Shown piece after piece: positions 19,634-28,869 of a DNA stretch of 64,000 nt (positions within the stretch are counted from its first letter, which is position 1; each line of letters opens with the position of its first letter). A program made the position numbers and the translations under genes. Source of the stretch: Acidimicrobiia bacterium (GTDB lineage Bacteria; Actinomycetota; Acidimicrobiia; Spongiisociales; ZC4RG35). The DNA lies in contig WFOA01000010.1 of NCBI GenBank assembly GCA_015488325.1, forward strand, positions 15,945 through 79,944. Reading direction: 5' to 3'. The notes under the pieces are model-generated. The model saw only the letters and a program-made list of their open reading frames with translations, was not told the DNA's origin and made no database searches.

Positions 19634-22429
19634 TCAGCGATGGGACATCGGGGGGCCGAGGGCGAGGAGCTCCTCGTCGGTGAGGACCGGCTGCGCCAGG
19701 AGCCCGAGACGCTGGACCGGCGCCAGGTTGGGGCGGATCCCCTCGGACCAGTCGGGGTCCCAGCCGAGGGGCTGCTCGTTGGCGGACCGCCACGGGTAGT
19801 AGATGCGGGCTCCGTCGATCGTCCCCTCGTAGAGCCAGCCGAGACTGATCTCGAAGTACCGGACCTCTTCGATCTGCTCTTGGAGGGCGGCGGCCGTCTC
19901 GGCCTGGTTCCGTTTCGCCGCCGCCCGTTGCTTGCGGTCCAGACGCTCGATCACGGCCTTCACGTAGTCGCCCGCCAGGTGGTCGAGGGCGTCACGGTCG
20001 AACCGGGGGGCGTAGACGAACACGTTGACGGCGCCCCGCTGGCTGGCCAGATGCCAGATCACCGGCGCCCGTTCGGTCGTGGCCACGTGGATCCGGAAGA
20101 AGTTGGCGACGAGCCACTCGTCGATGGTGGGGGCCTGCCCCCCTCCGACGGCCCCGATGATCCGGGTGATGTGACGTTCCAACTCGGCGGCGGCTTTGGT
20201 GCCGAGCTCGGCCCGCAACCCGGCGAGCAGGTAGGACCCCACCGTCCGGTATCCCCGAGCCTCGTCGAGGGGAAGGAAGTCCGGGATCTGGGAGAAACCG
20301 TGTTCGGTGGCGGCGACCGGCGAGGACATGAGGAGGTTCTCGACCCGGGAGACGAGGAAGTTGGCGACGGCCGGGTAGGCACGCTCCGGCTCGGCCTCCG
20401 CCAGACGCTCGACCAGCTCCAAGGCGACGGATTCGTCGACCGCGGCCGTTCCCGTCGGCGGCGGGATCGGCCCCCCGGCCGGAGGCTCGACGGTCGGTTC
20501 GACGACCTGGCCGTCACCGGTCTCGGCGTCGGCGTCCGCCGGGACCGCCGTGGCCTCCACGGTGGGCTCCGGCTCGGGTGTCGGCTCCGCCACCTCCCCT
20601 GGCGGGGCCTCGGTGTCGGTCACCGCTTCGACCAGGGTCCCCAGGTCGGCCTGGGCGGGCTCGAACGTGGAGATCCGGCGGGGACGGGGCGCCGGTGCAC
20701 GGGCGGGTTCGGCGGCCGGTTCCCGGGGGGCGACCGCCGGAGCGACCGGCCGACCCCGTCCGAGACCGGCCGCGGGCATGACGCCCCGCCGGTCCACGAA
20801 CACCGCTCCGAGGAACTTGGCTCCCCGATCTTCGAGATCCGCCACCCGGTCGGCGAGCTCGGTGCGAGAGACCCGACCCGGGACGAGGGTGACGACGGCG
20901 TAGTCGACCCGTTGCACCAGCTCCTGAGCGGTCGCCACGGTGAGGTCGTTGGCGGCGAACAGCACCAGGTCGAACCGGGCCGAAGCCACCCGGATGAGGT
21001 CGGCGAGGAGGGGGCGGGCCAGCAGCTCGGAGGGGTCTTCGGTGGGTGAGCCGGCCTGCACGGAGATGAGGTTGGGTCGGACCGGCCGGGCCTGCGCCAG
21101 TATCCGGGCGAGGGCGGCGTCGTCGCCTTCGGGGATCTCGAGCAGCGTGGCGAAGTCGACGTCGCCCCGGTACTCCACCATGTTGGTGTCGTGGGTGAAG
21201 TCGGCGTCCACCAACAGGACCGAACGCCCTGCCCGGGCGAACGCCACCGCCAGGTCGGCGGCGAGGGCGTGGACGTCCTCGGGTTGCGTGCCGAGGCCCG
21301 TGACCGCCACCGCCGCCCCCAAGCCTCCGATCCGACCCTGCAGCCCGGCACGGAGCCCCTGGACGGCACGTTTTCTCCGCCCCCCTTCTTCCGCGTCGTA
21401 CCAGATGCTCCGCCGTGACGGTTTGCGGATCGGTACGGCCGCGAGGAGGGGAAGCGGAGCCAGGTCGGCCCCGGTCCAGACCGGCTTGAACAGGCGGTCG
21501 ACGACCAGCAAGCCCGCCACAGCGAGGACGAGGCCGACCAGCAGGCCGATGGCTCCGGCCGCTCCCCGTGAGACGGGGTCCGGTGTCTGGTCCACGACGT
21601 CGATGACCTCGGACACGACCGGGCCCGACAGCGCCGCCTGACGGAGGAACAGCTCCTGGAACGAAGCCTCCAACTCTTCGTATTCCCGTTCGAGGGCCCG
21701 GCGCAGGGTCTGCTCCGCGCTGAACTCGGAGACCGTCGGCGGCGGGCCGAGCCGGTCGAGCTGGGCGTTGACGGTGGCGATCGCCAGGGTCGTACGGTCG
21801 AGATCCGCCTGAACTTCGTCTTCGGCTCGGTCGCTGCCGACCAGCAGCTCCTTTTGGTATTCGAGGGCGTCGGCCCGCAGCGACTCGAGGAGCGCCTGCA
21901 GTTCGGCCCGCTCCTCCTCGTCGGGGTCGACGGCGACAGGCGAGCCGATGGCCTCGATCCGGGCCCGCACGTCCGCCATCCGGGCGGAGATCTGTTCGAG
22001 TTGGGTCTGGATCTGCTCCAGGACGTTGGGGGGCTGGCCTTCGAGATACCGGGACCGCAGCTCGCCGGCCCGGGCCTGCGCCTCCTCGGTGCTCGACCCT
22101 TCGGCGACGAAGACGAGGGCGCCTCGATCGACGTCGCTGAAGATCTCCCAGGAGGGGTTGGCCTCGAGCAGGTCGGCGTTCACTTCGAGGGCGAAGGCGA
22201 GGGCCTCTTCGAGACGGGCCTGGGCGAAGTCTCGGGACACACCCGACGGGTTGTCTTCGCTCTCGACGCTGGCGACGACGGTGACCGGGGCCTCCGCCCG
22301 GATCACCGGGGTCAGGGAGGCGTTCCTCCAGGCGGCGCCGAACACGCCGGCGGCGAAGCCGAGCACGGCGAACACCACCACCCAGGGCCAGCGGGCCCGG
22401 AGGACACGAAGGGTGCGGGTCAGGTCCAA
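19634..22429 (-). CDS. Wzc/Wzz-like polysaccharide co-polymerase (PCP2a topology) with degenerate P-loop ATPase domain and a large unassigned C-terminal domain
   Basis: TM1 MDLTRTLRVLRARWPWVVVFAVLGFAAGVF, long coiled-coil-rich periplasmic segment, TM2 AAGAIGLLVGLVLAVAGLLVVD. The cytoplasmic BY-kinase-like domain has its Walker A replaced (VAVTGLGTQPEDV, no GKS) while Walker A' VLLVDADF and Walker B-like FDLVLFAAND are retained. There is no C-terminal Tyr cluster. Instead a Pro/Glu-rich linker is followed by a domain of about 340 aa that I could not assign. Likely TTG start. The other overlapping frame (20514..22643) is Arg-rich junk. Confidence 0.7.
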   Translation of the reverse strand: MDLTRTLRVLRARWPWVVVFAVLGFAAGVFGAAWRNASLTPVIRAEAPVTVVASVESEDNPSGVSRDFAQARLEEALAFALEVNADLLEANPSWEIFSDVDRGALVFVAEGSSTEEAQARAGELRSRYLEGQPPNVLEQIQTQLEQISARMADVRARIEAIGSPVAVDPDEEERAELQALLESLRADALEYQKELLVGSDRAEDEVQADLDRTTLAIATVNAQLDRLGPPPTVSEFSAEQTLRRALEREYEELEASFQELFLRQAALSGPVVSEVIDVVDQTPDPVSRGAAGAIGLLVGLVLAVAGLLVVDRLFKPVWTGADLAPLPLLAAVPIRKPSRRSIWYDAEEGGRRKRAVQGLRAGLQGRIGGLGAAVAVTGLGTQPEDVHALAADLAVAFARAGRSVLLVDADFTHDTNMVEYRGDVDFATLLEIPEGDDAALARILAQARPVRPNLISVQAGSPTEDPSELLARPLLADLIRVASARFDLVLFAANDLTVATAQELVQRVDYAVVTLVPGRVSRTELADRVADLEDRGAKFLGAVFVDRRGVMPAAGLGRGRPVAPAVAPREPAAEPARAPAPRPRRISTFEPAQADLGTLVEAVTDTEAPPGEVAEPTPEPEPTVEATAVPADADAETGDGQVVEPTVEPPAGGPIPPPTGTAAVDESVALELVERLAEAEPERAYPAVANFLVSRVENLLMSSPVAATEHGFSQIPDFLPLDEARGYRTVGSYLLAGLRAELGTKAAAELERHITRIIGAVGGGQAPTIDEWLVANFFRIHVATTERAPVIWHLASQRGAVNVFVYAPRFDRDALDHLAGDYVKAVIERLDRKQRAAAKRNQAETAAALQEQIEEVRYFEISLGWLYEGTIDGARIYYPWRSANEQPLGWDPDWSEGIRPNLAPVQRLGLLAQPVLTDEELLALGPPMSHR

Positions 22430-24360
22430 ACCGTCGAAACCTCGGGTTCTGGGGTGAGGACGATCGTCTCGTCGCCGCCCCCAGTATGCCGCGCCAGCGC
22501 CCGCAACATGTCGACGACGTCCTCCAACGCCCCTTTGCGGGCGGCCCGCTCCAGCATCTCGACCCCGTCGGAGAGGGTGGTGACCCCCGGCCGAGGCGGA
22601 TGGGCGATCGAGATCTTCGGGTGCTCCGACGGCTCGAGGGCACCTTCGGCGAGGACCTCCACCATCTTCTCGCCCGGCCGGACCCCGCTGACGACGACTT
22701 CGATGTCGCGGCCGGGGACGAGTCCGGCGAGGCGGATCAGACGCCGAGCCAGGTCGGCGATCCGGATCGGCTCGCCCATGTCCAGCACGAACACCTCGCC
22801 GCCTTCGGCGAGGGCGGCGGCCTGGAGGACGAGCTGGACCGCCTCGTCGACCGTCATGAAGTACCGGGTCATGCTGGGGTCGGTGAGCGTGACCGGCCCG
22901 CCCTTCTTGATCTGCTCGACGAAGGTGGGCACGACACTGCCGCGGCTGCCGAGGACGTTCCCGAACCGCACGGCGGTGTAGGTGCAGCCGTCGGCACGCA
23001 GGTCGGCGGCCTGGACGAGCATCTCGGCGACCCGCTTGGTGGCGCCCATCACCGAGACGGGATCCACCGCCTTGTCGGTGGAGATCAACACGAACCGCTC
23101 CGCCCCGACCTGGGTGGCGATGTCGATCATGTTCCGGGTGCCGATCACGTTGGTCAGCACCGCCTCGTCCGGGAACCCTTCGAGGATCGGTACGTGTTTC
23201 AGCGCCGCCGCATGAAAGATGACCTGAGGCCGGTACGGGGTGACACGTCGCGCCAACATGTCGGCGTCCCGCACGTCGGCGAGGATCGGCGTGATCTCGG
23301 CGTCGGGTCCGCAGCCCAGCACCGTCTCGTGGAGGTGGGTCTCGTCGTTGTCGAGCGCCAGCACCGTCTCCGGACCGAACCGGAGGACCTGACGGACGAT
23401 CTCGGAACCGATCGAGCCTCCGGCCCCGGTGACGAGGACCCTTCTGCCCCGCAAGAGGCCCGCCACCGCGGCCAGGTCCGTCGAGACGGTGGCTCGAGGC
23501 AGCAGGTCGGTGAGTTCGATGTCTCGGACATCGACCGCGCCGGCGGAACCTTCCATCACCCGATGGGCGACGGGGAGGATCCGCAGCCGCACGTCGACGT
23601 CGGTGCAGAGGTCGACGACCCTCCTGCTGAGGTAGTCGTCGTCGGCCACGACGATCACCTGCTCGGCTCCGTACCGCTCGATCACGTCGTGCAGTTCGTC
23701 GAGGTCCCCCAAGATGGGCAGTCCGGCCAGACGGCGGACACTGTCGGCGCCTCCGGTCGAGACGAACCCGATGATGTCGATCTCACCGCCGTTGCTCGTC
23801 ACCTCACGGACGAAATCCGCCGCCGCCCGGCAGGTGCCGACGACGAGGGTGGGGAGCGGCCGCCCACCGGTGATGGTCCGTTTGAACGAGAACAGCCGCG
23901 ACCGGAACCGCACCAGGCCCATCCCGGCGAGGGCGAGCAGCGGGCCCATGATCGCCACCGACAGCGGGATCGGCACCAGGCCGTCGGAGGTGACGTCCAC
24001 CCAGAGCACCCAGCCGGTGACGGCCATGCCGACGACGACGTTGGAGGCGATCACCTGTTTCGCCTCGGAGATCGAGGCGAACTCCCAGACGTGCCCGTAG
24101 GCGCCGAAGACGACGTTGGCCGCGAGGTGCAGCAACAACAGCAGGGGCATCGTCCGGGTGAGGCCCGTCCACCAGGTGAGGGGGTCGGTGATCCCGGTGT
24201 CGAGCATCCGCAGCCCCAGGGCGATCGTATAGGCGCCGACGACGATGGCCAGGTCGACCACGGCGAAGGCGATGTCCGCCCGCACCCTGGAAGCGGCCGC
24301 GGCCAGCGGCCTCCACCATCGTCCAGCCCTTGTCCCCAAAACAGATCCGGTGTCTGCCAC
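22420..24360 (-). CDS. Membrane-anchored nucleotide-sugar 4,6-dehydratase/epimerase (CapD/WbpM/PglF family)
   Basis: N-terminal 4 TM segments, then VLVTGAGGSIGSEI Rossmann motif and a CapD-like C-terminus. Proposed GTG start at 24360 is preceded by GGGAGG plus 5 nt; the track start at 24417 would make the 17-bp palindrome coding. Confidence 0.85.
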   Translation of the reverse strand: MADTGSVLGTRAGRWWRPLAAAASRVRADIAFAVVDLAIVVGAYTIALGLRMLDTGITDPLTWWTGLTRTMPLLLLLHLAANVVFGAYGHVWEFASISEAKQVIASNVVVGMAVTGWVLWVDVTSDGLVPIPLSVAIMGPLLALAGMGLVRFRSRLFSFKRTITGGRPLPTLVVGTCRAAADFVREVTSNGGEIDIIGFVSTGGADSVRRLAGLPILGDLDELHDVIERYGAEQVIVVADDDYLSRRVVDLCTDVDVRLRILPVAHRVMEGSAGAVDVRDIELTDLLPRATVSTDLAAVAGLLRGRRVLVTGAGGSIGSEIVRQVLRFGPETVLALDNDETHLHETVLGCGPDAEITPILADVRDADMLARRVTPYRPQVIFHAAALKHVPILEGFPDEAVLTNVIGTRNMIDIATQVGAERFVLISTDKAVDPVSVMGATKRVAEMLVQAADLRADGCTYTAVRFGNVLGSRGSVVPTFVEQIKKGGPVTLTDPSMTRYFMTVDEAVQLVLQAAALAEGGEVFVLDMGEPIRIADLARRLIRLAGLVPGRDIEVVVSGVRPGEKMVEVLAEGALEPSEHPKISIAHPPRPGVTTLSDGVEMLERAARKGALEDVVDMLRALARHTGGGDETIVLTPEPEVSTVWT

Positions 24361-24389
24361 CAGAACCTCCCAGCTCTCGCATCCCCACT

Positions 24390-24406
24390 TGACCCCGTCG
24401 GGGTCA
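24390..24406. promoter_or_regulatory. 17-bp perfect palindrome TGACCCCG-T-CGGGGTCA in the divergent promoter region between the capD-like operon and the epimerase operon
   Basis: Read directly from the sequence. It lies outside coding if the capD-like gene starts at the RBS-supported GTG at 24360. Confidence 0.5.
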
Positions 24407-24613
24407 GTCGGATACATCCTACCCGCGGACCGACATCATCAAATGGGCCGTCCGGCCCATTCCTGGGTCCCGGGACTCATTGTCGACCGCGACCGGAAAG
24501 TCCCACTTCCCGCCGCCCGATGCACCGTCTAGCCTGGCCCGGGGCGGCGCCGCATCGGCGCCAGTTCGCCACCACATCACGACTCGGTGCGAGCCAGGGA
24601 GGTTCGAAGAGCT

Positions 24614-25498
24614 ATGAAAGTGCTCGTCACGGGGGCAGCCGGTTTCTTGGGGAGAACGGTCGCCACCTATCTGAAGGAGCAAGGACATCACGTCGTCGGG
24701 TTCGACCTGAAAGACCCGGGAATCGACGGTCTCACGATGCAGATCGGTGACCTCACCGACCTCGATCAGGTCTCGGCTGCGGTCGAAGGCCACGACGCGG
24801 TGTGTCACATCGGAGCGATCGGCGACGTCTACCTGGCCGGGGAGGATCCCGGCCTGGCGGCGGCGGTCAACGTGTTGGGGACCGCCAACGTCGCCGAAGC
24901 GGCGGTGCGTCACGGCGCCCGGGTGGTCTACGCCTCCACGTGGGAGGTCTACGGTGAACCCCGATACCAGCCGATCGACGAAGACCATCCCTGCGCCCCC
25001 GACCACCCGTACAACATCACGAAGCTGGCGGGCGAGTCGCTGCTGCTGTCGGCTGCACGTCTCCGTGGGCTCGAGACGGTCGCCCTCCGTCTCGGCACCG
25101 CCTACGGGCCGGGTCTGCGCCCGAACTCGGTGTTTCGGATCTTCATCGACCGGGCACGCCGAGGCGAGCCGATCACCATTCAGGGTGACGGCTCCCAGGG
25201 GCGGCAGTTCACCCACAGCCGCGACATCGCCCGGGCCTTCGACCTGGCGCTCCGGTCCGACGTCTCCGGGGTCGCCCTGAACACGGTGGCGACACGGACC
25301 GTGACGATTCGTGAGCTGGCGGAGAAGGTGGTCGAACGGTTCCCCACCGAGCTCACCTTCGGACCGCCCCGTCCCGGCGACGTCCCTCCGGCGACCGTCT
25401 CGGCGGCCCGGATCGCCGACGTCCTCGGATGGGAGGCGCAGATCCCCTTCGAGGACGGGCTCGCCGACCTGATCGACCATGAGCTCGCCGGAGACTGA
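24614..25498 (+). CDS. NAD-dependent epimerase/dehydratase (UDP-sugar 4-epimerase-like SDR)
   Basis: MKVLVTGAAGFLGRTV start; YxxxK; 295 aa. Divergent from the capD-like gene. Confidence 0.85.
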   Translation: MKVLVTGAAGFLGRTVATYLKEQGHHVVGFDLKDPGIDGLTMQIGDLTDLDQVSAAVEGHDAVCHIGAIGDVYLAGEDPGLAAAVNVLGTANVAEAAVRHGARVVYASTWEVYGEPRYQPIDEDHPCAPDHPYNITKLAGESLLLSAARLRGLETVALRLGTAYGPGLRPNSVFRIFIDRARRGEPITIQGDGSQGRQFTHSRDIARAFDLALRSDVSGVALNTVATRTVTIRELAEKVVERFPTELTFGPPRPGDVPPATVSAARIADVLGWEAQIPFEDGLADLIDHELAGD

Positions 25499-26585
25499 CG
25501 GGCGGATCCTCGTTCTCGTCTACGGGCTCGGCCTCGGCGGCGCCGAGAAGCTCCTCGCCACCTCGGCTCCGCTGTGGGCCGAGTCGTCGTTCACCTACCG
25601 GGTCGCCTACGTGCTCCCCTGGAAGGACCAGCTCGTCGACACCATCCGGAGGTCGGGAGTCGAGGTGGACTGTCTCGGAGGGAGAGCCTCCGACCCCCGG
25701 GTCGCCTTCCGACTGCGACGCCTCATCCGGTCCTGGAGACCCGATCTGGTCCATGCCCACCTTCCGATCGCCGGGACCATCGCCCGGGTCGTCTCCCCCG
25801 TCCCCGTCGTGTACACCGAGCACAACCTCGCCGGCTCCTACCGGCCTCTGGTCCGCCTCGGCAACCGGGTGACCTACCGGGCGAACGCGGCGGTGATCGC
25901 CGTGTCGGACGCCGTGGCATGCTCCCTCGAGGGCTACCCGGGCCCGACCCCTCGGGTCGTGCCCAACGGCGTGCTCTGCGAGGTCGGCGCCGACGAGGCG
26001 GAGGCGGCGAGACACGAACTCGACCTCGACCCTGACGCCAGACTCGTCGTACACGTGGGCAACCTCCGCCCCCACAAGGGACACCGGAACCTGGTCGAGG
26101 CAGCGGCGGTGCTGGAACAGGCCGGATCGAAGGCGATCCTGGTCTCCATCGGTGGGGAGAAACACCCCGGCGACCTCGAACGCCTCCGAGCCGAAGTCGC
26201 CGCCCGGGGTCTCGAGCACCGGCTCAGATTCCTCGGCCGTCGCGAAGACGCCCGGGCGTTCATCGCCGCCGCCGACGTGTTCGTCAGCCCCGCCGACGTG
26301 GAGGGGCTCCCCGTGGCGATCCTCGAAGCCCTCGCCCTGGGCCGCCCGGTGGCGGCGACGGCGGTGGGGGGTGTCCCCAGCGTCGTCGTCGACGGTGAAA
26401 CCGGAATCCTGGTACCGCCGGGCGACCCGGAAGCCCTCGCCGAGGCCGTCGAACGCCTCCTCGCCGACGCCGAATGGGCGGCGCGGCTGGGCAAGGCGGG
26501 ACAGGCCCTCGTGGAGACCGAGTACGGCCTCGAGAAGATGGTGGACGCCTACGAACGGGTGTACCGAGAGATCCTCGGGACATGA
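25479..26585 (+). CDS. Glycosyltransferase family 4
   Basis: GT4 C-terminal motif EGLPVAILEALALGRPVAATAVGGVPSVVVDGETG. Confidence 0.8.
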   Translation: MSSPETDGRILVLVYGLGLGGAEKLLATSAPLWAESSFTYRVAYVLPWKDQLVDTIRRSGVEVDCLGGRASDPRVAFRLRRLIRSWRPDLVHAHLPIAGTIARVVSPVPVVYTEHNLAGSYRPLVRLGNRVTYRANAAVIAVSDAVACSLEGYPGPTPRVVPNGVLCEVGADEAEAARHELDLDPDARLVVHVGNLRPHKGHRNLVEAAAVLEQAGSKAILVSIGGEKHPGDLERLRAEVAARGLEHRLRFLGRREDARAFIAAADVFVSPADVEGLPVAILEALALGRPVAATAVGGVPSVVVDGETGILVPPGDPEALAEAVERLLADAEWAARLGKAGQALVETEYGLEKMVDAYERVYREILGT

Positions 26586-27526
26586 CCGGCCCGAGCATCC
26601 GCCTCGCCCGACCCGACGATCTCCCCCAGATCCTCGACGTCCTGCGGGCCGCCCTGGGCGAGACGCCCCTGTTGCGACGCACCCCGGAGCTGTGGCGTTG
26701 GAAACACGTCGAGAACCCCTTCGGGCCGTCTCTGGTCCTCGTCGCCGAAGCCGACGGCCGGGTCGTCGGGGTACGGGCCTTCATGCGTTGGGAGTTGGAG
26801 ACGCCCGACGGTGACACCCTCCGGTGCGTCAGGGCGGTCGACACCGCCACCCATCCCGACTATCTGCGACGGGGGATCTTCCGGCGTCTGACCGAGTCGG
26901 CGATCGAATACGCCCGGGACGAAGGGGTGGATCTGGTCTTCAACACCCCCAACGCCAAGTCGGGGGCGGGATACCTGAAGATGGGGTGGCGGACCGTCGC
27001 CCGACTCGGGGTGATCGTCCGATGGCGGACGGGTCGGGTCGCACCCCTCGATTCCGATACCGTGCCCCGCCTCGACGACCATGTGGCGGCGGTCGACCCG
27101 CTGGATCCGCTGCCCCCGGCCAGACGGGGACACGGTCTCAGGACTCCCCGCCGCGACGCCTACCTCCACTGGAGGTTCTCACAGCATCCGACGGCACGCT
27201 ACGGAGCCGTCCGGTTCGGATCCGGGACCGCCGTGGTGCGACCCAACGTCCGTGCAGGACGCCGGGAGCTGGTGGTGTCGGACGTCCTCGGTGACGCCAC
27301 CGCGGGGCTGTTCCGGGAGGTGGCGAAGAGGAACCGCTCCCGCTACGTGGCCACCTGGTTCTCCCCGGCGGCACCGGAACGGCGCATAGCCCGACGTGCC
27401 CTGTACGCTCCGGTTCCGGGACTGCGGACCCTCACCCTCGTGGCCCGACCGCTACGGTCCCTCCCCGTGGACGTCTTCGATCTGGGGAACTGGGATCTGG
27501 CGGTGAGCGACCTGGAGTTGCTGTGA
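26582..27526 (+). CDS. GNAT-family acetyltransferase with C-terminal extension
   Basis: Start ATG at 26582 overlaps the upstream stop (ATGA). Acetyl-CoA binding region VVGVRAFMRWELE ... RRGIFRRLTESAIEYARDEGVDLVFNTPN. The in-frame N-terminal extension to 26474 is junk. Confidence 0.7.
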   Translation: MTGPSIRLARPDDLPQILDVLRAALGETPLLRRTPELWRWKHVENPFGPSLVLVAEADGRVVGVRAFMRWELETPDGDTLRCVRAVDTATHPDYLRRGIFRRLTESAIEYARDEGVDLVFNTPNAKSGAGYLKMGWRTVARLGVIVRWRTGRVAPLDSDTVPRLDDHVAAVDPLDPLPPARRGHGLRTPRRDAYLHWRFSQHPTARYGAVRFGSGTAVVRPNVRAGRRELVVSDVLGDATAGLFREVAKRNRSRYVATWFSPAAPERRIARRALYAPVPGLRTLTLVARPLRSLPVDVFDLGNWDLAVSDLELL

Positions 27527-28869
27527 GACAGCAGATCGTCCTCGGGATCGGCGCCGGGTTGACGGCACTGGTCGCGTTCGTCCTCGCCGCCGGCGCCGTC
27601 CCCCTCCACCTCGTGGTGCTGGCGGTGGCCGGCCTCTCCGTCACCTACCTGGTGGGTCGGGCGATGGCGACGGACTTCGACCGGTCCTGGCTCCCCGGTC
27701 TCCTGGTGGCCGGACTGGCCGCGAAGCTGGTCGGGGCCTGGGTCCGGTACTTCGTCCTCATCGAGGTGTACGGCGGTGTGGGTGACGCCCTCGGATACCA
27801 CAGCCGAGGCCTCCGCCTCGCCGAGATGTTCCGGGCGTTCACGGTCCCCACCTTCGAGGACGCCGGTTTCGGGTCGACCGGCACCCGGTTCGTCTCCTGG
27901 TTCACGGGTCTCGTCTACACGCCGTACCAGCCCGAGCCCCTCGGCGGTTTCTGGCTGTTCTCGCTGATCGCGTTCGCCGGCACGGTTCTCTTCTACGCGG
28001 CGGTGCGACGCAGCCTGCCACCGTCGACGTGGCGGCGGTTCCTCATCATGCTGATGTTCTGGCCGACGCTGCTGTACTGGCCGTCGTCGGTGGGCAAGGA
28101 AGCCCTGATCCTGGGCTTCGGAGGGGTGGTGACCTACGGGGCGGCGCGGCTGTTCGAGCGGTACCGCCTGAGCTGGCTGCTCGTCATCGGCGCGGCGATG
28201 GCCGTCATAGGCATCATCCGGGTCCACGTCGCCGGCCTGTTCGCCGGAGCGATCGTCGTCGGCATGCTCGTCTCCGCCGCACCTCGCGGTGCAGGCCCGA
28301 AGAGTCGCCGCCTCCTCCTCATGGCGGCCGGGTTCGCGGCGCTCATCCCCCTGGCCGCCCTGGTCTCGAGGGAGTTCGGCATCGACCCCAGCGGCCCCCT
28401 CGACCCCTCCGCCCTCGAGCCGGTCCTGTCCGAGGTGGCCCGCACCACCGGCCAGGGAGGCTCGGCGGTGCAGGGCGGGGTGATCCGCTCCATCGCCGAC
28501 GTCCCGGCCGGTGTCCTCAAGGTGTTGTTCCGTCCCCTCCCCTACGAGGCGTCCAACATCCAGATGCTGGCGGCCAGCGTCGAGGGCGTGGCGTTGCTCC
28601 TGTTGATCCTCTCCCGCACCCCGTGGATGATCGGGAACCTGCGTCGGCTGCGCCGCTTCCCGTATCTGATCTTCGCCGCCACGTTCTCGGCCGGTTTCGT
28701 GGTGGCCTGGAGCGCGATCCTCAACCTGGGGATCATCGCCCGCCAGCGGGCCCTCGTCATCCCCTTCGTCCTGACCCTCGTCGCCGGCCTCGGCTGGCCC
28801 CTGGCCGCCGGCGAGGAGCCGGCTTCCGCTGCCGAACCCGACCGGGACGCCGCCCTCAACCCCACTTGA
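27523..28869 (+). CDS. Polytopic membrane protein, candidate Wzy-type glycan polymerase
   Basis: 448 aa, at least 10 hydrophobic TM segments and one large extracytoplasmic loop. Placed in the operon after GT4 and GNAT and next to wzx-pathway genes; no specific motif recognised. Confidence 0.5.
   Translation: MRQQIVLGIGAGLTALVAFVLAAGAVPLHLVVLAVAGLSVTYLVGRAMATDFDRSWLPGLLVAGLAAKLVGAWVRYFVLIEVYGGVGDALGYHSRGLRLAEMFRAFTVPTFEDAGFGSTGTRFVSWFTGLVYTPYQPEPLGGFWLFSLIAFAGTVLFYAAVRRSLPPSTWRRFLIMLMFWPTLLYWPSSVGKEALILGFGGVVTYGAARLFERYRLSWLLVIGAAMAVIGIIRVHVAGLFAGAIVVGMLVSAAPRGAGPKSRRLLLMAAGFAALIPLAALVSREFGIDPSGPLDPSALEPVLSEVARTTGQGGSAVQGGVIRSIADVPAGVLKVLFRPLPYEASNIQMLAASVEGVALLLLILSRTPWMIGNLRRLRRFPYLIFAATFSAGFVVAWSAILNLGIIARQRALVIPFVLTLVAGLGWPLAAGEEPASAAEPDRDAALNPT

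Noticed and set aside
20514-22643. 709-aa minus-strand ORF overlapping the Wzc-like gene in another frame
   Set aside because: Arg-rich (RRRRR runs). The 19634..22429 frame has TM segments, coiled-coil and P-loop-domain features.
24360-24417. Track start of the capD-like gene at 24417
   Set aside because: GTG at 24360 has a GGGAGG RBS at ideal spacing, whereas 24417 would place a perfect 17-bp palindrome inside the coding region. Kept as an alternative.
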